The translations under genes were made by a program, and so were the position numbers. DNA of 64,000 nucleotides. It comes from Nitrosopumilus sp. Lineage in GTDB: Archaea; Thermoproteota; Nitrososphaeria; Nitrososphaerales; Nitrosopumilaceae. A model generated the notes under the pieces. It was given only the letters and a program-made list of their open reading frames with translations. It was not told the origin of the DNA and ran no database searches. Each line of letters begins with the position of its first letter. Positions within the stretch are counted from its first letter, which is position 1. This document shows positions 20,525-31,837 of this stretch, one piece after another. The stretch is taken from the NCBI GenBank assembly GCA_965218695.1, contig OZ244651.1:544001-608000 (forward strand), written 5' to 3'.

Positions 20525-21547
20525 TCAAGCCACCTCTGGTGAATCTAATATTTGATAAAATGGAACACTGTACTTTTTATCAGAAGTGATTGCAATTGGG
20601 TATAATTTTTTTGATGGGTAAGCATTTTGTGCTAAATCTGTGATCAGTATTTCTACATTTAACATCTGAGTTGTAGGAAAAACTTTGAGACTTTTCATGG
20701 AATCTAGAATTAATAATTTATTTTTCCCCAACGATTTTAGAAAAGCAAGAAAAGCGTCTGCATCTGTCATTATCGAAACATTTCTCAAATACGCATTCCC
20801 AACCCCAACTGTGAATTCTCTAAGGAATTCTTCATCGTTATCAAATAACTTCTCTAGCTTCTCTATAGTGGTTTTAACGCTATTCAACTCTTTTTGATCT
20901 GAGGGTAATGGGTTCTTTGTCGCCATACGAGATGCCTCTATGACATCATTATATTGTGGAAATTTATCTTTCATTTTCATAAAAACTACATTCAAATCAT
21001 TCAAAAATTTAATTTTGAACTCTTCAAATCCTTCAGGGGGTCCTTCCTTAATCTCACTCTTTTCTAGTACATTAATCCTAATTATTGCAGTTCCTTTACC
21101 GTGATTAAAAATTTTAATTCCTCCATCGGTAATTGGTCTGTCGTTTCTATCGCTCACGACGTTAATTTTTTTAATTGTATCAATAATCTCCACATCGGGT
21201 CTAAAGAGTTCAATTCGTTTCTCAATAATTTGCGGTTCATTTGAATCAAAATTAATTTCAAATCTTAGTGTTTTGATTACTGATGCCTCATCAAAAATCT
21301 TAGAACCAAATACACCTCCCAAATATCCGGGGGTTTCAAATTTTTTTACTGCATATTTATTTTTATTAATATCTAATTCCTTGTGATCAACATTGTATAC
21401 CTCGTCAAGCGTTATTCCTTCAGATGTAACAATAGAAATTTTTATCTGTTTAGAATGATCCCAGAGGACAAAAAATGGAATTCTTTCTCCTTGGTTGCAA
21501 TATTCGGGAACATATAGATCAATTGTTTTTTCAGCTACTTGCGACAT
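20525..21547 (-). CDS. Hypothetical protein (AT-rich island, gene 1)
   Basis: 340-aa ORF; beta-rich N-terminus with a helical middle. No family recognised. Confidence 0.8.
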   Translation of the reverse strand: MSQVAEKTIDLYVPEYCNQGERIPFFVLWDHSKQIKISIVTSEGITLDEVYNVDHKELDINKNKYAVKKFETPGYLGGVFGSKIFDEASVIKTLRFEINFDSNEPQIIEKRIELFRPDVEIIDTIKKINVVSDRNDRPITDGGIKIFNHGKGTAIIRINVLEKSEIKEGPPEGFEEFKIKFLNDLNVVFMKMKDKFPQYNDVIEASRMATKNPLPSDQKELNSVKTTIEKLEKLFDNDEEFLREFTVGVGNAYLRNVSIMTDADAFLAFLKSLGKNKLLILDSMKSLKVFPTTQMLNVEILITDLAQNAYPSKKLYPIAITSDKKYSVPFYQILDSPEVA

Positions 21548-21647
21548 CTAGTTTTCATAAAATTTGATGTGTGTAATATAGTTGTGGTTTCGCCTAACTC
21601 ATAGTATACTGACGCGCCAAAGTCTTTGAACAGGCACCTTAGCCAAC

Positions 21648-22860
21648 CGGGTGTGTCCTAGTAATAAAAAATGCCATCCCATGTGCCAAGATGTCAAAGA
21701 CACGATTGGTGCCAGAACCCGTCGGCATCAACAGTGCAGCACCGTCAATCTTTCACAACCCATAAAATCCCCCAAATCCAAGACGCTGTGCGGAGGCTCC
21801 GCTAGGAGGCGCGTGTCAAGACGTGCCGGTTACGCTGCAAGTATCGCGATTTGATCCTGTGTGAGCCTACCGTCTTTTGCCTGCAATCTGGCCACGAGCT
21901 CTACGTTGTAGCACATGATGCGGATCGCAACCTCATTTGCCCGGTTCTCGTGTTTTCGGCATCTGGTGCCATCCCCGTACATCTTCTTGAGGGCGGCAAA
22001 GACTGCCTCGATGATGCTGCGTTGGTGATACTGTGAATCAAATTTGTCCCGATCATCCATGTACAGGCTCACCATCTCGCGCCACGACTGGCTTCCCTTG
22101 GCGTTGCGTACGGTGTTGGACTTTGGCTTGATGCGGGGCACATCCCATGGCAGATATCATGTTGCACATGGCTCTTGCCAGGTACGCAGAATCCAGGCAA
22201 AAGTCGCCGGTGCCCCGGCCGAGCCTGCCTAGCATCGCATACAGCCCGTTTATGTCTGCCACCGCGCTGTCTGTCACCATGCAGTCGATTATCACCCTGG
22301 TGCGGATATCCACGATTGCGTGCAGTTTGACCCATCCCTTCCTGGTGCGAAAACTGTCGGTCCTGACGTCAAGCCACCTGACAAACCGCAGGTACGAGTA
22401 TCCGGTGCTGTCTGCTGCCAGGGAGCCTGCCTCCACCTCCCTGATGGCAATCCGGTGTGCCTCTGCCAGATACCATTCCGGGATCAGGCCGTAGGCGCGC
22501 GCTATCGTGCTCTTGGAGGGAATCCGGTCCAGGCCCATCTTGGCTGCCATGGTGCCGTTATTCCGGAGAATGCCGACCATCTTACGGTAGGTCGTGCGCT
22601 GTGCCTCAAGCATGATGCAGACAGCTGCCATGGCGCCAGGCGGATATGCAGTCATGCCGCCCAGGCCGGGCCTGACGGCGTACGGATTCCCAAGCTCCTT
22701 GATTATTCCCAGCACGGTATTCAGCATGAGACCAGACAGGTACTGCTGAACCAAATCGTATTGTCGTTGATCGCGTTTCTTTGTAGTCATTAGGCGATGC
22801 CGTGATCTGCCGATCCATATCTTTTGTCATCTCGGGGCATATGCCTCTAGGACACACCCG
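21648..22860. mobile_element. Putative MITE (about 170 bp net) interrupted by an IS5 element
   Basis: Perfect 14-bp inverted repeat CGGGTGTGTCCTAG (21648-21661) / CTAGGACACACCCG (22847-22860). Confidence 0.55.
21806..22847 (-). mobile_element. IS5-family element; transposase 21830-22790 frameshifted near 22141
   Basis: Ends GAGGC...GCCTC with 3-bp TSD TAG; ADSTGY, WVKLH, LDSAY, YHQRSIIEAVF motifs. Confidence 0.88.
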
Positions 22861-23196
22861 ATCTAGACCAATATGGTTACAAAAAATCGTGAAGGCATTG
22901 CGGACCATATCCGAATGCATACGTCCAAGGACAAGTATTGCACCCACGAGCCGCAATTCGTTGCAAAAGCTACCATGTGGTCTTGCGGCCGCACGTGTTT
23001 GCGGGATTTATGGCATGCTGGTTCTTAGCGGAATCATGCATGAAATCCGCCCTACAGGTCTGTTGCAGAATGCTTCAAGCACACAAATCCTACAGGCATC
23101 CTGCTCAGATGACTCCCTTGTAGGGCCACCATGGCGTGAAACCGCCAAGAACAGCACCACATCCTGTGCCGGAATGGGCGCATGCAGAATATCACA

Positions 23197-23508
23197 TCAA
23201 AAGTCCTTGGGAATGTGATTGTTGGCCTTCAGCCACTCCACCTGCGGGAGCGTGAACCTCCAAACGATGTCCCCCTTTTCAGTCTCATTAAAGTCCCAAG
23301 GGGCTATGATCACAATGTCGTTGTCCCTTATCCACACCCGCCTCTTGAGCTTGCCCCTTATCCTGCCCCGACGGGTGAGATTGTCAGTACACTTGATAAG
23401 AACATTCTCGCCTCCAAGCATCTTCAAAACCCTTCCAAACATCTCTCCCTCCTCGGGAAGGCGAATCTCCTTTAACGCGCTCTCGCTTTTCACCTGACGT
23501 TTGCCCAT
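23197..23508 (-). CDS. eif1a: Translation initiation factor aIF-1A
   Basis: MGKRQVKSE...GRVLKMLGG...RGRIRGKLKRRVWIRDNDIVIIAPWDF...KGDIVWRF. Confidence 0.97.
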   Translation of the reverse strand: MGKRQVKSESALKEIRLPEEGEMFGRVLKMLGGENVLIKCTDNLTRRGRIRGKLKRRVWIRDNDIVIIAPWDFNETEKGDIVWRFTLPQVEWLKANNHIPKDF

Positions 23509-23883
23509 GACAATCAGCATGGGCAATGAGCATATAACTTGTGGGGTGCTGAGAAGTAGTGCGCACGTGCCACAAGTAGGGAATGTTTCCGTATGTAGCA
23601 CTGGCGAATCTGCTCAGGGATTCGGACTGGAGCATATTCAAGCCACCGGATCAGGAAATTAACATGCTGTTAACGGTCCCGCCATGTTGATCGGTTGTGC
23701 AATCAGGCCGCATGCCTAGTTCGTGCAGTTTTGGAACCTGAGTCCGTACCTGAGAAGTTAGTGGCAGGTAATTTTATCTGGGAAGCGCGACAAGTGGGAC
23801 TCTGCTGCATTCTGGATGATTGTCTTCCATTTGATGGCGATGGTATTCCGGCTGTCCTGATCTGACAGGATAGAAGAGGCAGC

Positions 23884-24339
23884 TTATGCAGTTTGTGGTA
23901 CACGTCGGTTTAATTCTTCATCCCCTACAATCCTCGGATGGTTGGGATCTGCCATGATGACTTCAAACCAGTAATGCTTTCCGTCTTTGTAGATAAAGTA
24001 TGACCCCAGTTTGGTCATATTTGGGTACCTCTCCATGACCCTTCTCTCTGCAACAGTCTTCATGTTGTCGTCTGCCTTGATTCGGTTAACTCCAAGATGT
24101 TTCGGTCTCCTGCCTCCGGTGGGTCTCTGCTTTCTCATACCGCCGGTTCCCACCCTCATGCGGACAACGATTATGCCCTGCTTTGCCTTGTATCCCAGTC
24201 GTCTGGCCCTTTGAATCCTGCTTGGTTTTTCAATGCGGACAATTGCGTTTTGCTTACGCCATTTGACTATGCGCTCACGCAACTCCGGGGCGTTCTCCTT
24301 CCAGAGCCTTATCCACGTCCGATCCTGATAACTGGGCAT
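23884..24339 (-). CDS. rpl15e: 50S ribosomal protein L15e
   Basis: RARRLGYKAKQG, VAERRV..YPN...SY....DGKHYWFEVIMADPNHPRI. True start taken as MPSYQD; the longer ORF runs into the IS. Confidence 0.97.
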   Translation of the reverse strand: MPSYQDRTWIRLWKENAPELRERIVKWRKQNAIVRIEKPSRIQRARRLGYKAKQGIIVVRMRVGTGGMRKQRPTGGRRPKHLGVNRIKADDNMKTVAERRVMERYPNMTKLGSYFIYKDGKHYWFEVIMADPNHPRIVGDEELNRRVPQTA

Positions 24340-24382
24340 AAAATGCATGATGGGGCACCCTTTAATAACTGATCTCCAAATG

Positions 24383-25672
24383 CAGTCTTCCCAGAAGTGA
24401 CTCAGGGTAGCACCGGCGGTGGGGGCTCGGGCGGCTCTTTGTAGCCAAATACGATCAGCAACAGCATCATGTCCCGAAGATCCTGCCGGGTGATCAGGGG
24501 ATCCGTGGGATAAATCCCGATACGGTGCATCAGCGTTGCGTTTGCCATTACCCATGCGTTAAAGACGGTTAGAGTACACAAGGCACAAAAGTTGCGCCGC
24601 CGGATTCTTGCTGTGCGTCTTGGCCCTTGTGTTTTCTATCATCCGGTATCCGGTCTCTATGCCCCACCTGTTCCCGCACGAGTCCGGATCCACGTCGGGT
24701 GCGTTGGTGGCAAACCCGACGTATCTCTCGTGCGGTAGCAGCTCGCCGTCGTCCTTTCTTTTCTTCCTCTTCTTCCTTTCTGTGATGGTCATCGTGTACG
24801 GCACCTCCTTGCCGTCGCCCCCGGTGATGACGGATTCAGAGACGCGGCCGCGCCTGCCTACAGCAAACTCTGCGATGGCATCCACCACCGTGTCTGTATT
24901 CTTGCACGGTATCAGATATTTGATGCTCATGTCCCCAAACGTCCCCATTACGCCTGCCGTAAAGAACTCCCTGTCAAGCATCGCCATCCCGATGCAGGCT
25001 CCCGCATCCTGCGCAATACCGATGATTTTACGCACGAAATCGGCAGTATCCTCAAGCGACGGCATGTCCAGGACGCCTAGCACGAGGCGACGGTTCTGGT
25101 CAATGCACTGTATCGTGATGTACCTCTCAAAGACGTGTGTCCCGTCCTTGGCTTTTGAACGCACCAGCTCTGTCCCGTATCTCTTGTCGTATCTGGGTAT
25201 CAGGTGCATGTCGATTGCCACGTCAATCTCCTGGCCTTTCTTGAGTAGTCTCATCTCGCGCAGCTGGCCAATCTGCAGGGACACCGTCCTGGCAAAGCAT
25301 TTGTAGACGTCGCTGCCACGCGTCTTGGATGCCACGTCGCGCATCCACTCGTCACTTGGGCGTGAGTCCCCGTCTGCACTGCCGATTCTTTTGGAGGATC
25401 TGGCACATCCGGCTACCTGCCTGCCGTGCGCACACGCGCCTGCCATGCTCCTGTGAAAATCCTCGGTGCCGTAGATGGTGTTGTACCTGCGTGAGACCAC
25501 GATGCATGGAGACATGCCGATCCCTACCGTGTCCAGGACACCTTGATATATGCGCGGGTTGTTAAGCATGTCACGTCTCAGTTGGTTCATTGGTTGTTCG
25601 ATGACCTTCTGGGACTGCCCTAATTGATCTGTTGTGGTTTTGGGTTGTTTTCAGGCACTTCTGGGAAGACTG
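24383..25672 (-). mobile_element. ISH3-family element; transposase frameshifted near 24570
   Basis: Perfect 17-bp TIR CAGTCTTCCCAGAAGTG, 5-bp TSD AAATG; AIDMH, LDREFF, RWGIETGYR. The C-terminus (NAWVMAN...EPPPPVLP) continues in another frame. Confidence 0.93.
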
Positions 25673-25811
25673 AAATGATGTCTTGATATCCGTACTGGAC
25701 GCAAAGGCTCACCGATTTTGATCTTTACGCTGAACTGAAACGTGTATAGCCAGAACCGGTAAGTTATCGTAACTTAAAGCGTGGTGAAAATCTTGTGATC
25801 TTACATCATTT

Positions 25812-28800
25812 GTAAGTGTTCACGTGGTTTAACTGTATGAATTCACCTGTCCTTCCTGTCACAAAAAAATGATCATACTGATCCATATGCTGGCAATACA
25901 CATCACTTTACATGGTAAATTCACGGCACATGAGCAGGGACCAGCTAAAAGAGGAACTCCTAGCACGGAACCGGGAGATTGCCACCCTCAAATCCGATCT
26001 TGAGAAGGCACTTGGCAGGATAGAACGTCTTGAAAGGGCCTTGGGGTACAGCGAACGCCTCATGACATACTATACAAACCCCAACACGCCGCCCTCATCT
26101 GAATCCCTGGAATGGAAGGCCCAGAAGAGGGAGCGGGCAAAAAAACAGGAAAAGGAGGGCAAATCCAAGCGCGGGGGAAGAAAGGGACACGCGGGGGCGT
26201 CGCGCCCCCACGACCCGGAAAGGACCGTATCCCACAGGTTCGGGCGCAGGAAGTCGGGCAGGAGGCGGGTGCCGGTGCTCCCGGAATGCGGGTGCGGCGG
26301 CGGCGGCGGCCGGATGGCGATTGGCAGTCCGCGCGTGCGGGACATCACGGACATCAGGGTGACTGCGTGCGAGACGCGGCACCGCGTGGAGACTGCAGTA
26401 TGCGGCTCATGCGGCCGCAGGGAAGATGCTCCAAACGACCTGCCGCGGCGGGGCAACTTCGGCAAGGGCATGGTCGGACTCGTCTCAGAACTGCGCGCGG
26501 CACGGGTGCCGCTCAAGGGAATCTCGGTCGCGGTGCGCTCCATAACGGGCATTATGCTTGCAGGATCCACCGTCAACAACATCATGGCACGCGTCGGGGA
26601 CGCCTCGGGCCACGAGGCAGGCAGGATCCTCGGGGAAGTGGAGGCTTCTGACTGTGCCGGGTTTGACGAAACCAGCTGGCGAAACGACGGCCAGAAGGTA
26701 CACGCAAACGTGGCACAGTCGGGCAAAAACATCGCAATAAACATCAGCCAGAGCAGGGCCACGCTCATGCTCGATGCCATGGACAAATTTGACGGGGTGG
26801 CGATAACTGACGGGTACACCGGATATGACAGGTTTGACAAGGACGGCATGCACCAGTCGTGCTGGGCGCACGACCTCCGGCAGACAAGGCACCTGGCAGA
26901 AAAATACTGCGCCGTGCCTCCCGAGACCAAACGTGTCCGGCGGCGGCAGCAGCAGCTCCACGAGGACCACAAGTGGGTGTTTGAGAGGGCAAAACTGCTG
27001 GCCGCGCAGGAGGCGCGCTCGCCACAGCTGCGGCATACGATGAACCGCACCATGCAGGACGTGCTTGACCGGTACCGCGATGCCGGTGGTGGTGGTAACG
27101 ATGACGACATGCAAAAGGTGCTGGACAAGCTCGAGAGGCACCTGCACCGCATGTTTGCGTTCCTGGAGCATCCCGGCGTCGAGCCTACAAACAACGCCAG
27201 CGAGAGGGCGCTGCGCTACCTGGTGGTGTTCCGCAAGATAAGCGGGCAGACCAAGGGCGGCTCCAAGGCCATGAAGCGCCTTGCAGATTTTGTCACGTGC
27301 GTCCTCACGTGGAGGGCACATGGCAAGAGCGTGGCCGAAGAAGTTGGTCGACTGATATAAGGGGCAGGTGAATTCATACGTTTAACTCATTTTTAGGCGT
27401 ATTTTGCAATCTCCGCCAAGTAATCCAATTTCTTGTTTTTCCATGTCATTACACATGAAAAGAAATTCGCCATCCACGTCATCGTCTCCTCTGCCCTTAT
27501 GCTGCCCCGTATTTTTCTGTGCACGACTATCTCGCGCAACCCGCGTTCTGCAGCATTGTTTGTAGGCGGGATCTTTGGGTTCAGCACGAACCGGAACAGG
27601 TCGCTGCCAGCATTGCTGATCTTGACCATGAATTTTTCCAATATTGGATCGTCGGCGTACCTTGCAACGATCTTTTCGATGCATGACGTCAGCATGGCAG
27701 ACGCGTTGTCCCGGAGAGAGCGCGAGCGTTTCCTGCTTGCCCTTCTGGCATAATCATAGATTATGCGCAGGTGCTTCAGGACGTTGCGCGCGCCTGGGCA
27801 GTCCGGATTGCGGTTGCAGATGTCCCTGGCCTCGCGTATTATGTGCGACCAGCAGCGCTGGACGCGGTATTTTCCGTACGCCGTCCAGCCGTCGCACACT
27901 AACGTGCCGTCCCAACCCCCAAGCGCTTCTTTCAGAACCTTTGCCCCCCGGCTGTCCCGTATCACGTACAGCGCGTGCCCGGTCAGCGGATCGTGCAGTA
28001 TCCACACCCAGACGTTGCGGCCGTTTAGGTGAATCGATGTCTCGTCGGCGTGCAGTATCTTGGCCTTGCGTATCATGGCGGCAATGGCTGCCGCAGGGGC
28101 GCCCAGCGACGTTCCCAGCCTGCGCATTATGTTGTGCGCCGTGCCCGAGGAGAGTGTAATTCCGTACCGCGACATGCGGTCTGCGATCATCCTAAACGGC
28201 ATGCGACACACGTAATCGTCTGCAACATCAGTCGTTATGCTCGGATCGTAGCTGCCCTTGTCTGGAAGGCCGGTCTCGGGCTTGATGTCCACCAGACCGC
28301 AGGAGCAGCGACACGTGTTTATGGTGTGGCGCGTGGTGATGACCTTTATCGTGCGCTCCACCCTGGTAATGTCGCGTTTTTCTGACTGCACTATGGAAAG
28401 GCTACCCGAGCCGCATTCGGGGCAGGCCTCCGGGGTGTGTTCCTCAAACTCGGTGGGTTTTGGCTTGCGGGTGCGGCCCATGTGGCCTTTTTGCCCCCCG
28501 CGCGACTTCCCGCTGCCGGCCGCATCCACGCGGTCCTTTTGATCCCGGGAGGCTTTTGTGGATTTATTGTAGGCATTCTTTTCGTCGCCTTTTCCCTTTG
28601 TGTCAGGCCATCCGGGCCCCCTTTTTTGTGATGACGGGGTGTTGTAATTGTCATGCCGCACCAGCCTGCGCTTAAGATCAGCAACTGCCAGATTCAATTC
28701 CTCAATTATCTGCCCTTGCATCTCAATCGTCTGCTTGAGCTTGATGTTCTCAGTCTTGAGATCCGTGTACATCTTTTTGAGTTCAGCCTGGCTTTTCACA

Positions 28801-28890
28801 TTGGGTTTGGATTACCATCCTATTTGGATCTGTGGTTTGCACAAAATTTACCCAAGAGTGAACTGAATTAGGCACGACGTGAACACTTAC
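25812..28890 (-). mobile_element. IS66-family element (transposase 27393-28799) hosting a second IS66
   Basis: TIR GTAAGTGTTCACGT, 8-bp TSD CATCATTT; CPECG, HADET, QRCWSH, TNNAAERGLR. Confidence 0.95.
25835..27379 (+). mobile_element. IS66-family element (transposase 25912-27360) nested in the end of another IS66
   Basis: TIR GTATGAATTCACCTG, 8-bp TSD GTTTAACT; FDET, QSCWAH, PTNNASERALR. Confidence 0.95.
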
Positions 28891-29191
28891 CATCATTTGT
28901 ATTCACGTATGATCTTTTGACAGACTGGAGAGGCAAAATGTGCGTCCAATGTCTCTTGAGTTGGTCTGTTCGCATATTCAACTCTTCTTGGTGTCTATCT
29001 TTGCGTTGAATAACATGCCATACATATGGCCGTCTTAATACACAATGTTCCCTCCATGCAGATGGGGAGCAAAAACTTTTTCCGGCTTCTCTACTTCATT
29101 CCCCACACCTTTGGTAATGATTGCGACATTTTTATCTTGGGATTTTGCGAGATATGAGATTATTTTTTACAGCGGACAAATTAAATGATTG

Positions 29192-31837
29192 CTATGGCCC
29201 AAGAGTCTTTTTTAATACTGCAATCAATTCATTTTTAGTTTTAATTGCTTCATCTAAGATAAATTCGCTTTTACATAAATAAATTGTTAATTCTTCTTGT
29301 TTTTTTCTATCGAATATTTTAGCATCACCAAGTACAGGGATCTCAATTTTTATATCTTGCATAATTTGAACTGTGACCCTTTTGTTTTGCTTTTCTTGTC
29401 CTAAAGCAGATTTACGTAGTTTTTTGTTAAGAATGTGGTAAACATAAGGAAGATACAAATTTTTTGGATCATATGCTTTATGCCTGCCCTCAAATTTTTC
29501 TTTTAGTTGTAGAATTCCAGAATGGTATGTTAGGTTAAATTTACCACTTCGTAAAAATACGGTTCCTGCGTATACTCCATCGGCTGTCCACGTCAGACAT
29601 TCTTTTACATCATAATCAACTCTGTCTATCATTCCTATTCTTCCATCTTCAACAGTTTTACCTGAATAAACAGGGTACTCTCCCTTATGCGCTAAACAAT
29701 ATTTTTTTGTAATTTTTGCGTCACCACGTCTCATATCAAAAAGATCCGATAATTTGAACGATTTAACATTTTTAGCACTAGCCAACACAGTGTTTTGAGA
29801 TTTAATAAGATCGCTAATTTTAGATTTTGTTTCATCTATTATTTCCAGAACTGTTTCCAATTTTATTTCATCTTCTACCAAGTTTAGTCTTTTGAGTTCT
29901 TTTTCTGTCCACCATTTGTCAACACGCCAGTGTTTAGATTTTTCTAATTGATCTAAATTCAATATTTTACATCTTCGACTTTTTATCAATGAATATGATT
30001 CAGGCAGTGATTTTATTGCTGAAAACATTGAAAATAGCGTTTCCATTTCGGGTAAATTATTTTGAGAAATTTCGTATCTGCCTTTTTTAGTGAGATCTTC
30101 ACCAATTTCTGAAACTAGATATGTAAATACACCATGTCTTTGTTGGTCACTGATTTTGTCTTTTTTTGTAATTGCTAAAATGTATGTTTTTCTAAAATTA
30201 GCATAAAATGATCGTATAGGTAAAGAAATTATTGCATCAAGATAACATTCTTGTATTATATAATCTCTTAATTTTTTATCAGCAACCCTCTCCATTACAC
30301 CATCAGGAAGAATGATAAATGCTTTACCCTTTTTCTTTAGATTTCTGATAATCCACTCAATTGCCAAACCTTCTAGTCCAGATGCATTAATCGGGTAAAA
30401 TTCTTGTAATCCTTTACTTTTAATTTCTTCTTTAATAACACGTGCACCTCGTGTAACGTATGGGGGGTTTGTTAGAATATAATCATATTTTTGTTCTTCT
30501 TTTTTTATAATATGTCCAAATGTGGCTAAATTATCTCTGAATAAAGTAAATGTGCTGTTAAAAATTTTTGCAAAATCTACTGTTTGTTTCGGATATTTAA
30601 AAATAATATCTGTTAAATAAATCAACATATTCGCTTTGGCCAGAATAATTGTTCTTTCATCATCACGTTCAAACCCTTTGTCAAATCCATTCAAAACAAA
30701 TGGTGTTTTGATGTTACCATGACTGTCTGGCGTGTAACATTGTTTTATTTTATCATTTAAATTCAGAATTTCAAGTAAGAATCCACCAACTCCACAGAAG
30801 GGATCACATATTCTTTTATTGTTAAATTCAAACGATTCTTCATCCAATTTTGATAGTCTGATGATAGATTGTATGATTTTTCGTGTTGTAAAATATTGTC
30901 CAAGAGCCTCAACCTCTTGTTTGAGAAACGTCTCATATAATTTAGTTTTAAAATTTTTATCAATTTTTATAAAATTTCCAAAATTACTTTGATATTCAAA
31001 AAGATGTTTTAAAGAATAATGAAATAGCACGGATTGTAATAAATTTGGATCGCCCTCTTCATTTACAAATATGGTTCCGTTAATCAATGTGGTATGATCA
31101 GTTCCTTCTGGAAATAATTCCTTGATTTTAACTCTTGAATTTCTTGCGTAGAATGTTAAAGCTTCGTCTGGCGAGGTCTTTGCTAATTGATAAACAGCAT
31201 CAAATCCATATTGTTTATCCAATACATTCAAATCACTAAGAAATTTAAAAATTAATAATTCAACTACGTTATATAGACACTTGATTGGAGCTTTACCGGT
31301 AGCGCCCCAAATTGTTTGCCACATTTGACTAGCCAGATCAGAGGGATCAATGACTTTTTCCTCGCATAATGTTGAATTAGTCTTTGTGACAGATAAATCA
31401 ATTTCTTCGATTAGTTTTTCAATTTCATTTACATTTTTTGTAAGTTTTGCATCAAAAATAGTTTTAATTTCCTTTCCGTGTTCTCTTTTCACTCTATTTC
31501 CACTTAAAGCATTAATCCATATTGTTTTTGAAGTATTGTCTGTTATTATCAGCAATTTGCACAATTTTTTTGCAACTTTTTTTTCTTGTTCGATTGCCTT
31601 TTTTTCTTTTATTATAGTATTAAGTTCCTGCGGGGATTTGGATTCAACTACTCCCTTTACCTCGTTGTGATAAAGTATTATTCCATCTGGTTTTTTCTTT
31701 AGCAATCCCCCATAATCTTTTTTTGGAATCAATCCTGCATTCTTTAATTGGTTGATTGTGGTTTCTCCAAGACGATAGTACAAATATTTACCAATTTTTT
31801 GAGGTACTACTTGGAGTAATTGTTCACTAGAATTCAT
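29192..31837 (-). CDS. Single-chain restriction-modification enzyme (N6-adenine MTase with N-terminal nuclease-like and C-terminal HsdS-like domains; Type IIG-like)
   Basis: PD..VESK nuclease-like motif, GQYFT, DPFCGVGGFL, TNPPY, C-terminal GEYPVYSG..LTW..DG..AG TRD. Strongly AT-rich. Confidence 0.88.
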   Translation of the reverse strand: MNSSEQLLQVVPQKIGKYLYYRLGETTINQLKNAGLIPKKDYGGLLKKKPDGIILYHNEVKGVVESKSPQELNTIIKEKKAIEQEKKVAKKLCKLLIITDNTSKTIWINALSGNRVKREHGKEIKTIFDAKLTKNVNEIEKLIEEIDLSVTKTNSTLCEEKVIDPSDLASQMWQTIWGATGKAPIKCLYNVVELLIFKFLSDLNVLDKQYGFDAVYQLAKTSPDEALTFYARNSRVKIKELFPEGTDHTTLINGTIFVNEEGDPNLLQSVLFHYSLKHLFEYQSNFGNFIKIDKNFKTKLYETFLKQEVEALGQYFTTRKIIQSIIRLSKLDEESFEFNNKRICDPFCGVGGFLLEILNLNDKIKQCYTPDSHGNIKTPFVLNGFDKGFERDDERTIILAKANMLIYLTDIIFKYPKQTVDFAKIFNSTFTLFRDNLATFGHIIKKEEQKYDYILTNPPYVTRGARVIKEEIKSKGLQEFYPINASGLEGLAIEWIIRNLKKKGKAFIILPDGVMERVADKKLRDYIIQECYLDAIISLPIRSFYANFRKTYILAITKKDKISDQQRHGVFTYLVSEIGEDLTKKGRYEISQNNLPEMETLFSMFSAIKSLPESYSLIKSRRCKILNLDQLEKSKHWRVDKWWTEKELKRLNLVEDEIKLETVLEIIDETKSKISDLIKSQNTVLASAKNVKSFKLSDLFDMRRGDAKITKKYCLAHKGEYPVYSGKTVEDGRIGMIDRVDYDVKECLTWTADGVYAGTVFLRSGKFNLTYHSGILQLKEKFEGRHKAYDPKNLYLPYVYHILNKKLRKSALGQEKQNKRVTVQIMQDIKIEIPVLGDAKIFDRKKQEELTIYLCKSEFILDEAIKTKNELIAVLKKTLGP

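Noticed and set aside
24340-24555. N-terminal extension of L15e in the ORF track
   Set aside because: It lies within the ISH3 end; another frame there encodes the transposase C-terminus.
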